Source of the DNA: Moniliella sp. 'wahieum'
Taxonomy: Eukaryota
Direction: 5' to 3'
Length of the DNA stretch: 64,000 nt
NCBI GenBank assembly: GCA_003971905.1
Contig: RSEE01000005.1
Span: forward strand, 992,001 to 1,056,000
The notes under the pieces are model-generated. The model ran no database searches. It was not told the origin of the DNA and saw only the letters and a list, made by a program, of their open reading frames with translations. Numbering within the stretch: position 1 is the stretch's first letter; the number at the start of each line of letters is the position of its first letter. Below, in pieces: positions 61,676 to 64,000 of the stretch. Position numbers and translations under genes: made by a program.

Positions 61676-62682
61676 GGCTGCCGAGAGGATGGGGGGGACC
61701 CAGGAGCGGAAGGAGGGCCTGCGTGGGCGTGGGCTGTCGTCTGGGCTGTGTAAGCGACGTGCCAGTCGGGTTGCTGTGTAGGGCAGGTGGGCGGGTGGGG
61801 CGCGAGGGTGCGCTGCGGGCGGCGAGCGGCACCGAGCGCGCACAGCGGCAGGGGGGCGGTGTGCAGGCCGAACGCGAACAGGTAGTGTGCTGGCTGCAAC
61901 ACAAAAGAACAGCATCACGGATCATGTTAATCATGCGCCACGCTCCACGCCTCGAGCACCAGCAGGCACCAGCGGGTGGACACGTGGGCACGTGAGCGTG
62001 GGGTGGATCCAGCTGCCAGCTTCCAGCTTCCAGGTTGCAGCGCGCTTACCTTTCAAAACGGGGGCATGGGGCACTGTAGGCGTTGGCGTGCGCCCAGGCG
62101 GCAGGGCCGATGGGGAACAACGCATGGGGCCGCCCACTGGCCGCACGTGACATGTGACATGGGCAACACCCGGTGGTGCGTGTGGGATCTGCGGTGGGGC
62201 AGCCGGCTGCTGGCTGCATCGGGGGCGGCAGGCAGCATGCAGCATTCGCACTGCCCCCATGCCGCATGCGAGCCAGGCAGCCCGGAGGTGCCTTGTGCTG
62301 CGTCGGCCCATCGTGCGTCTGGCCCTGGCGTGCTGCACGTTGCACCTACAATGCAGGCCCAGACGCCCCACCATGCACCACGGCCCACTCACCGGTGACG
62401 TCACCTGCTGGGCCCCCGGCGCCGCTGGGGCAGGCGGGGTGTAGCAACGCTTCTCAGCGCGCACTTGCGGAGGTTCCGACAGAGACGCCATTGCATGACC
62501 ACCCTAGGCGGTGATCGTTCGGTGATCCGGCCAAAGAATGTGCAACGAGAATGCACAATCGCCCACATGCTGCTTGGCTACCCGCCGCTTGCTGACTAGG
62601 ACCCGCAGCTCCTGACTGGCACGACAGCTGGCGACCTGTCTTGCTCCCACCACCCCCGCTGTCTCTCTTTGCGCCATTCCCC

Positions 62683-63741
62683 ATGGGCTGTACCGCTTCA
62701 CGCCCACGAGACGGATGCCACCGCACGCAGCGATGCGATCGATGCCCAGCTGAAGGCAGACCGCTTGGCGCCGCCAACGAGGTCAAGCTCCTCCTCCTGG
62801 GCGCCGGCGAATCGGGCAAGAGCACCGTGCTGAAACAGATGAAGCTGATCCACCACGGTCCCTACTCGGTCCCCGAACGCGAATCGTACAAGGAGATCAT
62901 CTTTCCAACACGGTGCAGAGCATGAAGGTGCTGCTCGAGGCGATGGAAGTGTTGGATTTGCCGCTGGCGGACCCCAAGCTGTGCCGGCGGCCCAGGTGGT
63001 CATTGCCGCCCCAGCCCAGGTCGAAACGACCGTGCTCCCACCCGCGCTGTACCAAGCCATCAATGTGCTCTGGCACGATGCCGGTGTGCTTGCCTGCTTT
63101 GCTCGGGCTCGCGAGTTCCAGCTGAACGACTCGGCGCCGTACTACTTTGATGCGATTGCCCGCATTGGTGCGCCGGACTATGTCCCGACGGACCAGGACG
63201 TGCTGCGGTCCCGGGTCAAGACGACCGGCATTACCGAAACGACGTTTCAGATTGGCAGGTTGACGTACAAACTGTTTGATGTGGGCGGGCAACGCTCCGA
63301 ACGCAAAAGTGGATCCACTGTTTTGAGGCCGTCACCGCCGTCTTGTTTCTGGTAGCCATCTCGGAGTACGATCAGGCGCTGTATGAGGATGCCAATGTCA
63401 ACCGGATGCAGGAGGCGTTGATCTTGTTTGATTCGATTTGCAATTCGCGATGGTTTCTCAATTCATCCATCATCCTGTTTATGAACAAGGTGGATCTCTT
63501 CCAGCAAAAGCTGCCCATCTCGGCCCTGTCCAACTACTTTGCTGACTTTACCGGTGGATCGGACTACAATGCCGCTCTCGAGTTCTTGACCAACAAGTTT
63601 GTCCAACTCAACAAGAATCCAGCCAAGCAGATCTATACTCATTACACGTGTGCGACGGATACCCAGCAAATCAAGTTTGTCATGTCGGCAGTGAATGATA
63701 CGATCATCTCCAACAATTTGAGGGAATGCGGGCTGCTCTGA
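62683..63741 (+). CDS. GPA1: Heterotrimeric G-protein alpha subunit, Gi-like fungal group I (Gpa1-like)
   Basis: MGC lipidation motif, '[20 protein letters not shown]', '[12 protein letters not shown]', '[10 protein letters not shown]', 'NKVD', 'TCATDT', C-terminus 'NLRECGLL'. No intron seen. Confidence 0.95.
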
Positions 63742-64000
63742 GCAGGGAGGGTGCTTCAATTTCCTTTTCATCGTTCGCTTCCTTTTTGGTCCACCGACCA
63801 CTCATATCCGCACGGGGTGCACCTTTACAATCGTGGGCAGATGGCGATCCCCTCCTTTCTCTTGTCCACTCCCCTTTTCCAGCCCGGTCCAGCCCGTCTG
63901 CCTCATTCTCGGTCGGAGCAGCATTCGCTCCCGGGAGCAGAGTTGGTGGTGGTGAAGGTGGGGCGGAGGGGCGGGGGGCATACGCTCTTAGCCGGTGGAT

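Noticed and set aside
192..63741. Frameshifts in nearly all genes as programmed frameshifting, RNA editing or mass pseudogenisation
   Set aside because: They hit essential genes (eIF5B, NOG2, RRP3, SEC9) at scattered sites, often in homopolymers, while the amino-acid motifs stay intact. This is typical of long-read indel error.
4509..63741. Alternative genetic code
   Set aside because: The stops I checked arise only after frame changes, and CTG falls at conserved Leu positions (for example G-alpha LKQMKL). No reassignment signal was seen.
1..64000. Autonomous transposon or retroelement
   Set aside because: No transposase, reverse transcriptase, integrase, LTR or terminal inverted repeat pair was recognisable.

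Overview
Eukaryotic nuclear DNA from a GC-rich, intron-poor fungus, probably a basidiomycete (Ustilaginomycotina-like by inference from the gene set and GT..CTRAC..AG introns). Nearly every conserved gene is broken by scattered 1-bp indels, which fits an unpolished long-read assembly, so CDS limits are approximate and stitched across frames. Recognisable genes are PIN4-like (RRM+R3H), RRP3, ARB1/ABCF2, a C2H2/fungal transcription factor, an ankyrin protein, eIF5B, SEC9, AIM41/YqeY, a single-pass membrane protein, a small mitochondrial protein, a DUF1765 protein, NOG2, ADH, a bHLH factor, a short APSES/KilA-N+ankyrin protein, two Sso-type syntaxins and a Gi-class G-alpha. There are also intron-containing tRNA-Tyr(GUA) and tRNA-Gly(UCC) genes. 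Two signals are not explained by these features. (1) Intergenic DNA repeatedly carries arrays of A-N4-T palindromic hexamers at an exact 7-bp period, with different palindromes following each other in the same phase. (2) A tRNA-shaped Pol III-type gene has a non-canonical anticodon arm and is followed by two hairpins and a T5 tract. A degenerate HNH-like orphan gene, a 39-bp minisatellite and a cluster of exocytic t-SNARE genes are also noted.
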